From positions 1 through 63,903 of IMG/VR virus record IMGVR_UViG_3300042898_001199: 63,903 bases of DNA; one strand, given 5' to 3'. Below, in pieces: positions 37,910 to 48,902 of this stretch; position 1 is the stretch's first letter, and each line of letters opens with the position of its first letter. A program made the position numbers and the translations under genes. Source of the stretch: a virus. Taxonomy: Duplodnaviria > Caudoviricetes. The notes below the pieces were generated by a model that had not been told where the DNA came from, did no database searches, and saw only the letters and a program-made list of their open reading frames with translations.

Positions 37910-38502
37910 TATGATGAGTAATTAGTAGGTCTTGGATTAGTATCCTCAACCGTATTGTTAATAACTTCTTCAGGGCGAGCGTCCGTTGATCGGATTAATT
38001 CAATCACACGAGCAAAAATAGGCCCTATAGCTGTTGGCATTACAACCTCATCATCTTCAGAAGAATCTAAGAATGAAGGTATGATATAAAACGTAATTGT
38101 ATCCGAGTAAGGTTTTGCTGTCCAGTTAACTTGTTTGCCGCGAACATAAAACTCAGGTCTTGCCATATTCTTAATTGTGTTCAAGAATATATTTTGATCT
38201 TCGCTTTGACGAGCAAAGTAATTGTTACACGAGTCATCTGTAGCGTATTTTACACTCTTGTTTCCTGCAATAGGAGATACTGGCAATACACTTGTGTATT
38301 TGCCATTAGAGCATGCTACAGGAACGTTGTAAGGAGTTGTCATGTTTGTAGTCAACTCATTATCAGAAACAGAGGCTTCCTGAAAAATAATATCTAAAAT
38401 TGCAGCTACAGTATTGTACTTGTATCTACCTAAAATATCATTCGGGACATCGCCTGAAGCAAGACGCTCCTGTATTAATTCTATTAGTTGTCTCTTTGTC
38501 AT
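37909..38502 (-). CDS. tail ring/adaptor structural protein
   Basis: synteny; translationally coupled to neighbours. Confidence 0.6.
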   Translation of the reverse strand: MTKRQLIELIQERLASGDVPNDILGRYKYNTVAAILDIIFQEASVSDNELTTNMTTPYNVPVACSNGKYTSVLPVSPIAGNKSVKYATDDSCNNYFARQSEDQNIFLNTIKNMARPEFYVRGKQVNWTAKPYSDTITFYIIPSFLDSSEDDEVVMPTAIGPIFARVIELIRSTDARPEEVINNTVEDTNPRPTNYSS

Positions 38503-39248
38503 GGCGTTCTTCCTTTTTCAATTTCTAAAATTCCAAGTGAATTAAGATCTTTAAGATTAATCATAAAGTATTTAGTCAGCTCATTTACCAAATCTATATG
38601 CACGTCTTCATACCACTCAAATTCTACACTTATACTTGGATCACCAGGTGAAAAATTAGGATTGCACGTTAATGTAGAAGAGTTACTATGAGTTGCCCCG
38701 GGAACAAGATAATACGGCATCCCTGTTGCTGTAATAATATCATAATCAAAAAACGGAATAGCAGGGTATCTTACATAAGTTAAATTAATTGTAGGAATAC
38801 CCTGAGGTCTTACAAGTAGCTTTTCGTTTTGTATGGTTACAATAGGACGAGCAAAACTTGGTGAAAATAAAGAGGTGGAAAGTCTGTAAGAAAAATCTTT
38901 ATTAGATAAAATCTCAACGTGACGATAAATTTGATTAGATCCGGTAGAAGTGTTTTCGTAATCATATCTGCTAGCTCTACCAAACCTTAAGTAATCATTA
39001 GGTAAAATTCCATACCCGTAAGAATCTAAGGGAAGGGGAGTAGATCCGTTATCGCCAAGAGTAACAATAAAAGGACGGAGATTATCAGTAAGTTCCTGAT
39101 CCTCTTCATATACCTCTAAAAAATCATTCATCTTAGCAGTATTTGCATAGTCAAGGGCCTGATTATAAATATCAGGAGTGATAAGGTTGCCGTAGGCATC
39201 CTTTCCGATCTTGTTATATACCTGATCTAATATCTCGTTAAGATTCAT
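38499..39248 (-). CDS. head-tail adaptor/ring protein
   Basis: GNLITPDIYN, LPNDYL, LTYVRYP motifs; synteny. Confidence 0.65.
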   Translation of the reverse strand: MNLNEILDQVYNKIGKDAYGNLITPDIYNQALDYANTAKMNDFLEVYEEDQELTDNLRPFIVTLGDNGSTPLPLDSYGYGILPNDYLRFGRASRYDYENTSTGSNQIYRHVEILSNKDFSYRLSTSLFSPSFARPIVTIQNEKLLVRPQGIPTINLTYVRYPAIPFFDYDIITATGMPYYLVPGATHSNSSTLTCNPNFSPGDPSISVEFEWYEDVHIDLVNELTKYFMINLKDLNSLGILEIEKGRTP

Positions 39249-39257
39249 AATCTTCTA

Positions 39258-40484
39258 TTAGTTATAAACTCTAATTTCAAAAGGATTAAGAGACAAAATT
39301 CCATCAGCTGAAGCTGTTGTTACAGTAATTATATTGTCCCCTGATCTTAACGCAATTGCTGCCCCACCTACAGAAGATGGATTTATTCTTACAAATGTTT
39401 TGCCACTAGGGAAAGCTCCGTTCAATGTTGCTGTATAGGATCCGGCAGCTGACCTTGACCACAATATACTTCCTATAGAATTTTCTAATTCAGTAGCAGT
39501 AGGAGCAGCTGTACTAGATTGACTAAGTAAAGCTACATATGATTTGTATCCACCGCCACTCGTGTTATCCACCCATTGAGGAGTAGAATCATCTCCGCTA
39601 CAACCGCAAGAAGAATCGCAACCGCAAGAAGTATCACCACAACCGCAAGAGCAATTAGATGAAGTATCTGTGCCAGTAACCAGCGCAGTGATTTTTTCAG
39701 CGTAGGCAGCTGCTGCAAGAGTGTCTCCACACGCTCTTTCAATTTGGTATTGAGTGTAGTAAGCATTGGCTAAAGTTAATTCTTGTGCATAACGAGGAGT
39801 GGTAGATCCACCAGCAACATCTTCTGCATATATTCTTGTTATTTTATCTAGAGTGTCGTTTACGCTGCATAGCTGAGCGTTGCAAGCCACATTGTGATTT
39901 AACGTCTTTGTTAAAACAGCAATTAAAACCAAACCGTCAGTTTGTGTCTTTGTTATATTTTTTGTTGCAATTACGGTCCACATCCCTGTAGCCAATGTAT
40001 TTACAACAAGAGTGTCTGCCGTTGTTGTTTCCTCATACAAAGAAATAGGAGCAGGAGTTAATCCATTCGGGTAATATAATCTAAGACTCTTGCTAGAGAT
40101 TGTCCAACCTGCGTAACTTGTAGAGTCGGTTGCTGTAATCTGACCGTTAGGGTAGAAGTTGCAATCGTTAGTTACAGTAACATCTTGACAAACAATATCA
40201 ACACCTAAGTAATTGTATAAAGTTGTAGTTACTCCAGAACCCATCCCTGCAACTGTGCCGAATTCAAATTTATAAGTACCTAATAAAACATTAGACGAAG
40301 TGTCTAAAGGCAAGTTATAAAATGCGGAAGTTGTAGATGCGGTAATAAAAGCATTTCCTACAGCACTCTTATCTAAAATTAGATTGCCTGCTGGGTCAGT
40401 CAACTTTGCGTAAATAGTTGCTGAGGGAGATGTTATCCCCTGATACTTTTTTGTGGAAACGTTAAAACTGAGGTTAGTAGGCAT
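39258..40484 (-). CDS. structural protein with Cys-rich cluster
   Basis: T/S-rich beta-type sequence; CSCGCGDTSCGCDSSCGCSG segment; start set at MPTN. Confidence 0.7.
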   Translation of the reverse strand: MPTNLSFNVSTKKYQGITSPSATIYAKLTDPAGNLILDKSAVGNAFITASTTSAFYNLPLDTSSNVLLGTYKFEFGTVAGMGSGVTTTLYNYLGVDIVCQDVTVTNDCNFYPNGQITATDSTSYAGWTISSKSLRLYYPNGLTPAPISLYEETTTADTLVVNTLATGMWTVIATKNITKTQTDGLVLIAVLTKTLNHNVACNAQLCSVNDTLDKITRIYAEDVAGGSTTPRYAQELTLANAYYTQYQIERACGDTLAAAAYAEKITALVTGTDTSSNCSCGCGDTSCGCDSSCGCSGDDSTPQWVDNTSGGGYKSYVALLSQSSTAAPTATELENSIGSILWSRSAAGSYTATLNGAFPSGKTFVRINPSSVGGAAIALRSGDNIITVTTASADGILSLNPFEIRVYN

Positions 40485-40561
40485 TTTCTTATAATTTATA
40501 CACAAAGATAAAAAAAATAGGGTACAAATAGTACCCCATTTCAGATTATTTTTATTTTAGT

Positions 40562-41431
40562 TTAAGCTAGGACTTTCTTGAGCAAAGCAAGAGCTTTCTT
40601 ATCCTTAGCTAAGTACTCAGATAAAGCCTGGCGATCGTCTACTGGAATGTCAGCTAAAACAACTTCTTTATCTCCTACTATCACCACGGTCTTTTCACCG
40701 TCACTACTAGGCATAATAGCGTCAATATTCCAAGCCTCTTCGATCATATTTCTAATTTCATCATCATGCTCGGGAGAAAATGTCTCAATTAACTTAACTT
40801 TTTTATCTGCGTTATTATCCATTTCGGTGTAGAGACGAGATAAAATTAATTCTTTATTTGTGTCATCGTAATTTAATGCAATTCCTAGACTTTGGCAAAG
40901 TTCAACCATTTTCTCTTTAGTCAAATTGCCTATTGCAGCTTTAGCTTTTGCTTCTGCAAACATGCTAATCGCTTTTGTTTTAGCGTCTTTTTCTGGCATT
41001 AAGAACTTAAAAGAAGAGCCTTGATTGCCTTTTTTACCATTTTCAAATGCTTGGCAAAAATTATAACAAAACCATAAAAGCTCTTTATGTCTTTCAGGAT
41101 TAAACATAAATCCAGAATCAATCATTAAACTTTTTGAACCATATTGTCTTCTTCCATCATTACCAAACTTTGGTGCGGAATCAGTATAGCGAACTTCTCG
41201 CTCTTCTCCTGTTTCAGAATCAGCCCAAGTATGGAATAAAAGAATACCTTTTAATGGCTTAGAATGCACCCAAGGGACATGAGGATTGTTAGTTTGAACT
41301 CGTGTTGAAGCAGATTCAGTATAAGCAATTCTCTGAGGTTTGTTTTTCATCATAAACTCAGGAAAAACGGCTTTTAATTGGTTAAGCTCATCTTGGCCTA
41401 ACGTGAATTTTTCATCATCTATAAATAACAT
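40562..41431 (-). CDS. capsid-associated protein
   Basis: 289-aa ORF directly after the major capsid gene. Confidence 0.65.
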   Translation of the reverse strand: MLFIDDEKFTLGQDELNQLKAVFPEFMMKNKPQRIAYTESASTRVQTNNPHVPWVHSKPLKGILLFHTWADSETGEEREVRYTDSAPKFGNDGRRQYGSKSLMIDSGFMFNPERHKELLWFCYNFCQAFENGKKGNQGSSFKFLMPEKDAKTKAISMFAEAKAKAAIGNLTKEKMVELCQSLGIALNYDDTNKELILSRLYTEMDNNADKKVKLIETFSPEHDDEIRNMIEEAWNIDAIMPSSDGEKTVVIVGDKEVVLADIPVDDRQALSEYLAKDKKALALLKKVLA

Positions 41432-41461
41432 ATTGTGTTTTTTTTTGTGTGTTAAAAAGAT

Positions 41462-41497
41462 AAAATGCTGGGGAGGGATATTCCGCTCCCCAACATT
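41462..41497 (-). terminator. terminator after the major capsid gene
   Basis: minus-strand hairpin ATGTTGGGGAG..CTCCCAGCAT followed by TTTATCTTTT. Confidence 0.6.
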
Positions 41498-41518
41498 TAT
41501 TAAAGAAGATTATGCAGA

Positions 41519-43003
41519 TTATGCATATTTCAAACGTCCGAATTGCTCCAAACAGTAGAAATCAAATCCTAAGTCTGAAGACAAGTAAAGACGAGCAACG
41601 TCAGTTTGTCCGATCTTACGAGCAGATGCACGACCATCATCAGTTACTTCCATGAAACGGCTATAACCATCCATTTCCTTGTAAACTAATTCGATACGGT
41701 TGCGAAGTACTCCTTCAGCATCAGCCATCTTGTTCAATGGGATAGCCCATCCACGGTAACGCAAGTTCGGAGCTGTAGTAGCATCAAGAACAGCGGTAGT
41801 GTTAGGATCTTGCATGAAACGAGCTTGCTTGATCATGAAGTTGTAACCATCTACAATAAGTCCATTGTAAGACAAAGTACCCATTAATGATTCAACGTCA
41901 TTCATTTTTCCACCGAAGAATACGTCAGCAACTGATTCATTCAATGCATTTACGTTAGCATTACCGAATCCGTTAGCACTAGTTGTGTTAACTGCACCAG
42001 CAGAGTCATTCAAACTAGAGTATAACTCTTGAGTTAACCATAGTAAGAACAAATTGCTAGAATAACGCTTAGACATTGCATTAGCCATATCTCTTAAGTC
42101 CTGAACTGTTAAAGTACTACCAACAGTTAAATCAACTCCACGAGAAGCAATTTGAGAATCCAAACCAGAAAACGTAGTAGGTACGTTAGAGTTTGTATTT
42201 GTCTTACCAAAGATCATTGATAAAGCGATTTGCTTAATCAAACGATATTCAGCCTCGTCTTGTCCTTCGTAGAAGAAACCGTTCATCTTCTTAGTCTTAC
42301 CATCACCATACTCAACTTCCATCCATTGTGGTTGGTTAGTTTTTTGAGTACCAGTTAATTCGTAAGTTTCTTTGAAGATTTGAGTCTGCCAGTTATACTT
42401 AGTCCAAAAAGACTGAGATGAAGTTGGTTGGTTTGTTCCTTCGCCCCAAGCAGAACCTACAACTACAGCAGTAGCAGTAGCAGCAACAGAAGCAAAAGCA
42501 CCATTTTCAATTGCGTCAATAACAACTGTAAAGATATCAGCAACACCTAAACCAGTAGTTGTAGCAGTAACTGAACGAACACGACCTAAAGGAAGAGTTG
42601 AATGAGAAGCAAGCATTACTACTTGACCTTCTTTAGCGTAAACTAAATCAATAAAGTCGTTAGGAGAACCTGCTGGAGGAGGAGTTCCTGTTTGAGATGT
42701 AACGAAAGCAGTGTAAGTACTGTTTGCAGTACCACTTGGGCTAGCTGAAACAACACCACCTGTCATTGAAATAGGAGCATCATAGAAGCCCTTTTCCCAG
42801 TGCCATCCAGTTGTGTTTTGAACGCCACGCTTCATTCCAAGTCCCATCAAAAGTTGGAAGTCAGAAAGACCGTTGTCACCATACTTGTTTTTCAAAGTAC
42901 GCAAATAATGTGGAACTAAAAGTCCACTTGTGTAAGACGCATCAAAGATAGATAGCATGCTACCACTCAGACCTGCGTTCGATACGGGATTAAAAAAAGC
43001 CAT
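41519..43003 (-). CDS. major capsid protein
   Basis: 494 aa after scaffold and portal; GSAWGEGT, QTQIFKETYELTG, TFSGL motifs; expression-biased codons; downstream terminator. Confidence 0.8.
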   Translation of the reverse strand: MAFFNPVSNAGLSGSMLSIFDASYTSGLLVPHYLRTLKNKYGDNGLSDFQLLMGLGMKRGVQNTTGWHWEKGFYDAPISMTGGVVSASPSGTANSTYTAFVTSQTGTPPPAGSPNDFIDLVYAKEGQVVMLASHSTLPLGRVRSVTATTTGLGVADIFTVVIDAIENGAFASVAATATAVVVGSAWGEGTNQPTSSQSFWTKYNWQTQIFKETYELTGTQKTNQPQWMEVEYGDGKTKKMNGFFYEGQDEAEYRLIKQIALSMIFGKTNTNSNVPTTFSGLDSQIASRGVDLTVGSTLTVQDLRDMANAMSKRYSSNLFLLWLTQELYSSLNDSAGAVNTTSANGFGNANVNALNESVADVFFGGKMNDVESLMGTLSYNGLIVDGYNFMIKQARFMQDPNTTAVLDATTAPNLRYRGWAIPLNKMADAEGVLRNRIELVYKEMDGYSRFMEVTDDGRASARKIGQTDVARLYLSSDLGFDFYCLEQFGRLKYA

Positions 43004-43031
43004 TTTTTCTAAATATTAAATTTATTATTTT

Positions 43032-44129
43032 TTACATTTGAGATTCGAAGTACCTCTGTAGTTGAGACTTTTCAGACTGAGCATCAGGTTTCTCCAGCTT
43101 TACCACTTCTGAGCCGTTGTGAAATTCCTTGAGAGCTGATTCACGGGCCTCCCCTTTTACAGCTGATATCAAAGATTTATAAATGCTTGCCGCTTCCAAA
43201 GCTTCTGCACGATTCCGCACATATGTTTGAATTGCTTTCACATTCTGCTCGTCAGTTGGTAATGGGTTTGAAGAGATGATTCCTAGAACTTCTTGCTGAA
43301 TTTGGTTCATCGTTTGTTCCGATACCGGAGCTTTTATTTTTAAACCGTCAACTTCTACTTCTATTTCTCTAATCTTTGTTGCCTCTGCCGCAACAGGCTT
43401 CCAATCATTAACCAACTTTTCAGCACTTTGTTGTCTAGTGCTGAATTGTTCTCGCAAAGATGCAACAAAATCTTTGTTGTCACCAATATTTTGTAATTTT
43501 TCTTCTACAATATTTACATTTTTTCCCAATTTCATTTTCATTGTCTTAGGAGCATCTTCAAATGTAACATCAGAGTAGGTGTTGTTTTCTTCAGCTATAG
43601 TATCGCAAATCTCTTCAAATGTCATTGTTTTAAGCAAATCTGGCTCTTGTATTATTTGAGAAAGTGCCATTACCTGTACAGGGTTTTGCTTGATCTCATC
43701 TGTGGTTTTACCAACAAATTTATTAGCAACCCCTAAGTCATTAATGCCCGTGCCTTTAATAAAGGAATTTAAATTCGCCAACTTTTCATTAGCGAAAGGA
43801 GATTCTAATTGTTGCATCAAAGTTTCTTGCTCACGAATAAAAGGCTCAAACTCTTCGTACTTCTTTGACTTCTCTTCGAACATAGAATACTTTTCCTTTA
43901 CCGCATCGATAGAGTCGAAATCTCCAAAGATAGATCTTAGATCAGAAGCTTTAAATGTAGCTTCTTCTGTCACTACAGGGTCTACCGAAGGTATTGGATC
44001 TGGATTCTGATTATCATTATTAACAGGATCTGTATCCGGGTTAATATTTTCAGCAGGTGCTGGATCAGGGTTTTGAATACCTAAAGCAGCAAAAATACTA
44101 GTTGGGGTTTGTTGTTCTGAATTTTCCAT
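43032..44129 (-). CDS. capsid scaffolding protein
   Basis: acidic P/D/N-rich N-terminus and helical body, between portal and capsid genes. Confidence 0.65.
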   Translation of the reverse strand: MENSEQQTPTSIFAALGIQNPDPAPAENINPDTDPVNNDNQNPDPIPSVDPVVTEEATFKASDLRSIFGDFDSIDAVKEKYSMFEEKSKKYEEFEPFIREQETLMQQLESPFANEKLANLNSFIKGTGINDLGVANKFVGKTTDEIKQNPVQVMALSQIIQEPDLLKTMTFEEICDTIAEENNTYSDVTFEDAPKTMKMKLGKNVNIVEEKLQNIGDNKDFVASLREQFSTRQQSAEKLVNDWKPVAAEATKIREIEVEVDGLKIKAPVSEQTMNQIQQEVLGIISSNPLPTDEQNVKAIQTYVRNRAEALEAASIYKSLISAVKGEARESALKEFHNGSEVVKLEKPDAQSEKSQLQRYFESQM

Positions 44130-44153
44130 GTATGTTGTTTTGTGTGTTTTATA

Positions 44154-46493
44154 TTATTTCTTTCTCATCGATCCGGTAATTTCAGTCCCGGTTTGTTCTT
44201 GAAGATAGGCCTCTGTTTTAATTTCCTCAATATTACCTTGAGTTTTGGTCATGATTTCGAATTGCTTTTCTTTCATTCTTAATTCAGATAAAACAGTTTC
44301 TTCTTGAATCTTAGCTTGCATTTTAGCTTGGATAACTTGCAATTCAGATTGAAGCTTTTGCTGCTCTAGATCTATCAAAGATTGAGATTGAGCTTGCTGA
44401 GATTGGGCCGACTGCTCGTCATTATACTTTCTTTTCTTAGCAGACTTGTAATTTAAATACCAGGTAGCTTCTTTTATTCTACCTTTCTCAAGCATGTCTA
44501 AAATAAGAGTATAATCTGCAAGTTCAATTTCAGGCATACCGTTACGACCTACTTTCAAAGCGGTCTCAGCAGCCTCCATAATTTTAAACTTCTGCGTCTG
44601 AGAAACTTTATTGGTTAAGGAAAGTCCAAGCTCGTCTAATGTGATATCAGCTCCAGTTAAAATTGCATCTACAGCAGTCAACCCAAACACTTTACCGTAA
44701 TAGTCCTTAGTATCTTTATCATACTTCATGGTTGTTACAGCACGAAGAACCATATTTTCAGAGGCTTTCATTTTAATCTGCTCTAGAGCTTGTTGTAGTG
44801 GCCATAGAGCATTATTAGTAGCCTCAACCTCAAGCTCTGCAATACCTACTAGCTTATCACCCTTTGCAGGAGATGCAGCCATTGTTGGGGTTATGCCTGT
44901 AATCTGTAGCAACTTTTCCACGTCATGTTGATAGGCTAGAATCCATTCAGACAATTGCTTACCAATACCACCTTCTAACTCTTCAAAAGAACGAGAGGTA
45001 TTTACCTTACCACCAAGCACAGATGACTTATAAAAGAAATTACCTGTGTGAGAATATACTTGAACAAGATCAAAAGGAGTGAATAAAGAACCTGCAATGC
45101 TATTAACATTTAAAGCTCCAATATCAATTGCAATACCCTTAGGAGCAGCAGCTAATTTAGCTGCCTGTAACTTAAGGTGATTAATTTGCAAAGAATCGTA
45201 AACTGGAATAGCTGTCTCTGTAATAGACTTGCCCGGTATCTTTGTAAAACGATAAGACAGTTGAGGTCTTTGTTTGTTTACACGCTTCATGTTTTTTTGC
45301 TTGCCTCCAACACAAATATTTGCTCCTGGCAAGAAAAATCCTTCGTATATAAAATGACCGTCAATAACCACCGTTTTCTTTTTCTCGGTATTTACATATT
45401 CGCCAAACATGTCTTTGTAAAACTGAATTGACTGTTCTTTTTGTTTTTTCTTAAAGAACATGCTATCTTTAGAGATATACTCAAACTCAAGAACATCTAC
45501 AAAGAAGTCATCGTAACGCATACGATCAGTCATTGTGTCTCTCTGAGAATACCAAGACCATCCATAACGATCATTAGCGTAAACAGTATCGTAACACCAT
45601 TTAGCAATTTGATTTATAAATCCTTCGATTAACTCTTCTTCATATCCATTTTGAGCTAATAATTTACGAACTTGAGGAATGCTGTATTTCTCAAAATGTC
45701 CTGCAAATGGACTATTATCTCCCTGACTTTCATCTGTCCAGGCGCAAATAAATTTAGTTGCGTCTACATATTTAATCTTAGCGGCACCTGAGTCAGGATC
45801 TGAATAATCCTTAACAACCATAAATCCAAAATTAATAGCATCATCCTTTAATTGACGCTCTATCTTGGTCCAGTCGCTATTTTTAAATCCAAATTCAGCT
45901 AGTTTTTCTAACCCAATTTCAAAGTTTAATTTAAAGCCACCTAATGTTTCATAAAGCTCTAATTCTGTAATATTTTCGGGAGCAAATTCAGTATCAGCTA
46001 TCTGTGCCATTCCTATTTTTCTTAAAATAGGATCTAACTTACTCTTTATGAATAATCTATATTTCTTTAAAGCTCTTTGATTTCTAATATCTGGATTTAT
46101 TGAATCCACTTGTATTCTTTGGTTTTCAGTGCCAATTACAGACATGATAATTCTCTTTAGCTCTGGAGCCATTGAAAATATTTTAAAGTCAATGTTTGAA
46201 TAACCTTTGCGTTTTCCTCTTGCATTTGCCGCATTAAAATTAGCCCCAGTTCCACCAGCTCCTGTCTTCTCATCGCCTCTGGTTGACCACATATCAATAT
46301 ACTTTTGTGGGCTTTGATTTCCCTCAGAGTAATTTCTCATCTCCATTAAGCGAGACATATCAGATCTACTAAAATAAGTTTTATTATTTTCGTATCTGAA
46401 AAATATAGCACGGCCTACTTGAGATAACCACTTGTTATCTTTCTTTTTAGGGTCTACGTTATCCCTTGGCCATAATACTGTGTAATCACTCAT
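44154..46493 (-). CDS. portal protein
   Basis: 779 aa directly after TerL; ITGIT motif and Q-rich coiled-coil C-terminus. Confidence 0.8.
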   Translation of the reverse strand: MSDYTVLWPRDNVDPKKKDNKWLSQVGRAIFFRYENNKTYFSRSDMSRLMEMRNYSEGNQSPQKYIDMWSTRGDEKTGAGGTGANFNAANARGKRKGYSNIDFKIFSMAPELKRIIMSVIGTENQRIQVDSINPDIRNQRALKKYRLFIKSKLDPILRKIGMAQIADTEFAPENITELELYETLGGFKLNFEIGLEKLAEFGFKNSDWTKIERQLKDDAINFGFMVVKDYSDPDSGAAKIKYVDATKFICAWTDESQGDNSPFAGHFEKYSIPQVRKLLAQNGYEEELIEGFINQIAKWCYDTVYANDRYGWSWYSQRDTMTDRMRYDDFFVDVLEFEYISKDSMFFKKKQKEQSIQFYKDMFGEYVNTEKKKTVVIDGHFIYEGFFLPGANICVGGKQKNMKRVNKQRPQLSYRFTKIPGKSITETAIPVYDSLQINHLKLQAAKLAAAPKGIAIDIGALNVNSIAGSLFTPFDLVQVYSHTGNFFYKSSVLGGKVNTSRSFEELEGGIGKQLSEWILAYQHDVEKLLQITGITPTMAASPAKGDKLVGIAELEVEATNNALWPLQQALEQIKMKASENMVLRAVTTMKYDKDTKDYYGKVFGLTAVDAILTGADITLDELGLSLTNKVSQTQKFKIMEAAETALKVGRNGMPEIELADYTLILDMLEKGRIKEATWYLNYKSAKKRKYNDEQSAQSQQAQSQSLIDLEQQKLQSELQVIQAKMQAKIQEETVLSELRMKEKQFEIMTKTQGNIEEIKTEAYLQEQTGTEITGSMRKK

Positions 46494-46496
46494 ATA

Positions 46497-48902
46497 TTAA
46501 TAATAAAAAGTACCAAATAATTCACCATCTATTTTTGAAGCTTGTTCATTCATTTCTACAAATTTAGGGTATAATGACTTACTTCCCAAAAGTGCGTAGC
46601 CTCCAGCTGTAAATAAATCGTATTTTGTCATTTCTTGCTTCCCATCAATATTTGCCGTTTCTTCTAACATCTCAATATGATTCTCATAATCACAAGCATC
46701 TTTTAAATATTGCTCCCACACGTCAAATATATCCTGTTTTGTAGAATTATTTGAACCATCCGTAGTAATTCTACCCGGCAATGGCTTTTTCTCTCCCTGT
46801 TCGTTCATATCGTAAAGCAAGTATCCTCTCAAGCCCCAGTCAATAAATCTCTCATATAAATGAGTGATATTCATCTCAGGATAAAGCATGGCTCCAAAAA
46901 AGACACACGCCTTGGCTAGATCATCAGCATACTCCTCTCTACCTACATCTCTTTGTTTATAAGTTAGTACAAATTTATCACTAATCCACTGACTACGCAA
47001 TTTTATTTCATTGCCATTATCACCGTCAATTGAATTGTCTCTTTTGTAAAAAATAGCCCCTGCGTTGTAAGACTTTTTCTTACCGCTTACCTCTTGGGAT
47101 TCGTATTTTGCAGGGTCGGCCCCCATTACAAATCTATTCATCACGTTCCACGAAGGTCGCCAAGATTCTAATTCAGAGTCCCACTCTTTTAAATTTCTTT
47201 GGTCAGGCCTTGGGACATGTGATATAACAAATTTACCCTCCTCGTTTTCTTTTAATCTCACAGTAGATCCACGTCCGTCTACCCACTCTAAGTCATATCT
47301 TCTGGTGACGTGAGTTTGAAATGTCAGCTGAGTTATTCTTTTTCTTATTCTTAAAACTGGAAAAGAAGAGTCTTTTGAAGCAGACATAAAACATTCTTTC
47401 AGATTAAATGGAAAGTTTTGCATCTCCTCGATTAATCCTGTTTGGTCATCATTTGACTCAAGTGATTTTCTTTTGTTTTGTAGATATGTTCTTGCTCCAA
47501 TTGACACTAAGCGACCGTCACTATTTTTTACAGGTCTCTTAGGATCTGCTACAATAGAGTTGCCGTACTCGTCAATAAATCCATCTAAACCATCGTATGC
47601 CGGGAAAAATATAGTAAACAATCCCGAAGCAGTTTGTCCGTTATCATTTCTTTCATCAAATTTAGAGGCTAGGATAAGTCGCTTCATCTGATCACCACCA
47701 CCCTTCTCCATCTCCCCTAAGGTAGAGGTTAGAAGGCCAAGTCCGTGGATGTAAGGGCCTTGAGCAAGACACTTCATAACAACCCTCCACCTATCAATAA
47801 TATTCACGTTAATACCGTTCTTAGGATCAACCTTACCTACCTCATCATGGTGAATGAAGTGCAGCTTTTCCATGTCATACGCTCTCTCTCCTGATGGTCT
47901 GTGATTAATCCAACCCTCGTGTGGAGGAAGAGAAGTTGTTCCAACACCTCCTGCCGTTCTATTTGCCGGAGCTGTAAACTGTATTGCCTCCTTTGGAACA
48001 GAAGACCCTTCAGTCATTAACTTAAAGAAGAAGGGCATTCTTCTCAAACGCTTGGCAATATGATCCACAAATACTTGAGTGGAGTGGTAGTCAGACATGC
48101 TCTGAATACCTCCAAAACGCTGTATTCCTAGGGTTGCCGTCACATACCAATTCAAAAATCCTGCGCGAGATGTGGCACCTTCTCTTCGATGCTTAGGATA
48201 GATAACTCCATACATCGTTCTTTCACCAGTATCTACTAAGAACTTACCTTCCTCAACATATGATTTTGGGTTCATTTCTTTAAACTCATCTACACCTTTT
48301 TTAGTGTTAAAATATCTAACGAAACTATCTTTGCCGTCTGTATAAACAGCCTTGTGTTTATAAATACCATCTGTTGTTGTATATCCATACATTACACCTA
48401 AAAACCATCTTCTGTCTCGATCTCGGTACTCAGGATAACCTTCTCTGTTTTTAGAGTTACCAATAGGCCAAAAATTTAAATAGGTATACATGCAGCCGGG
48501 TATGTATGTTGGCTTACCGTTATTAAAGAAGAAATACCCGACATAGTGCCTCTTAATTTGTTTCTTAATCCACACTATCTCCTTAGAGTAATAGGCAGCG
48601 TTGTTAAATAGCTCTTCATCAATATCTTCTAGTTTAACAACTTCTTTCGGCTTAATTTTTTTCTTTTTTCGGATAACAGATTCAATATCTTTAAGCCTAG
48701 CTGGCATTTCCTGATATTGAAACTTTTGTTTGTCGGGAGGATTGCCATACCCATCAATTTTTTTTATAGCCTCCTCATATGGGAGGTTGTAAAATTTATC
48801 TGGAGTTAAGACTTTAACTTCAATTGGGAATAAGTCTTCATCATCTATATTTAGAAAAATAGACGAGTCGGCTTTATCATATTTATATTTTGTTTCACGC
48901 AT
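46497..48902 (-). CDS. terL: terminase large subunit
   Basis: Walker A-like PKHRREGATS, Walker B HHDEVGK, coupling LTST, nuclease MGADP and YPEMN. Confidence 0.9.
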   Translation of the reverse strand: MRETKYKYDKADSSIFLNIDDEDLFPIEVKVLTPDKFYNLPYEEAIKKIDGYGNPPDKQKFQYQEMPARLKDIESVIRKKKKIKPKEVVKLEDIDEELFNNAAYYSKEIVWIKKQIKRHYVGYFFFNNGKPTYIPGCMYTYLNFWPIGNSKNREGYPEYRDRDRRWFLGVMYGYTTTDGIYKHKAVYTDGKDSFVRYFNTKKGVDEFKEMNPKSYVEEGKFLVDTGERTMYGVIYPKHRREGATSRAGFLNWYVTATLGIQRFGGIQSMSDYHSTQVFVDHIAKRLRRMPFFFKLMTEGSSVPKEAIQFTAPANRTAGGVGTTSLPPHEGWINHRPSGERAYDMEKLHFIHHDEVGKVDPKNGINVNIIDRWRVVMKCLAQGPYIHGLGLLTSTLGEMEKGGGDQMKRLILASKFDERNDNGQTASGLFTIFFPAYDGLDGFIDEYGNSIVADPKRPVKNSDGRLVSIGARTYLQNKRKSLESNDDQTGLIEEMQNFPFNLKECFMSASKDSSFPVLRIRKRITQLTFQTHVTRRYDLEWVDGRGSTVRLKENEEGKFVISHVPRPDQRNLKEWDSELESWRPSWNVMNRFVMGADPAKYESQEVSGKKKSYNAGAIFYKRDNSIDGDNGNEIKLRSQWISDKFVLTYKQRDVGREEYADDLAKACVFFGAMLYPEMNITHLYERFIDWGLRGYLLYDMNEQGEKKPLPGRITTDGSNNSTKQDIFDVWEQYLKDACDYENHIEMLEETANIDGKQEMTKYDLFTAGGYALLGSKSLYPKFVEMNEQASKIDGELFGTFYY

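Noticed and set aside
19171-48000. Many 60-120 aa plus-strand ORFs inside the morphogenesis block
   Set aside because: Antisense shadows of long minus-strand genes
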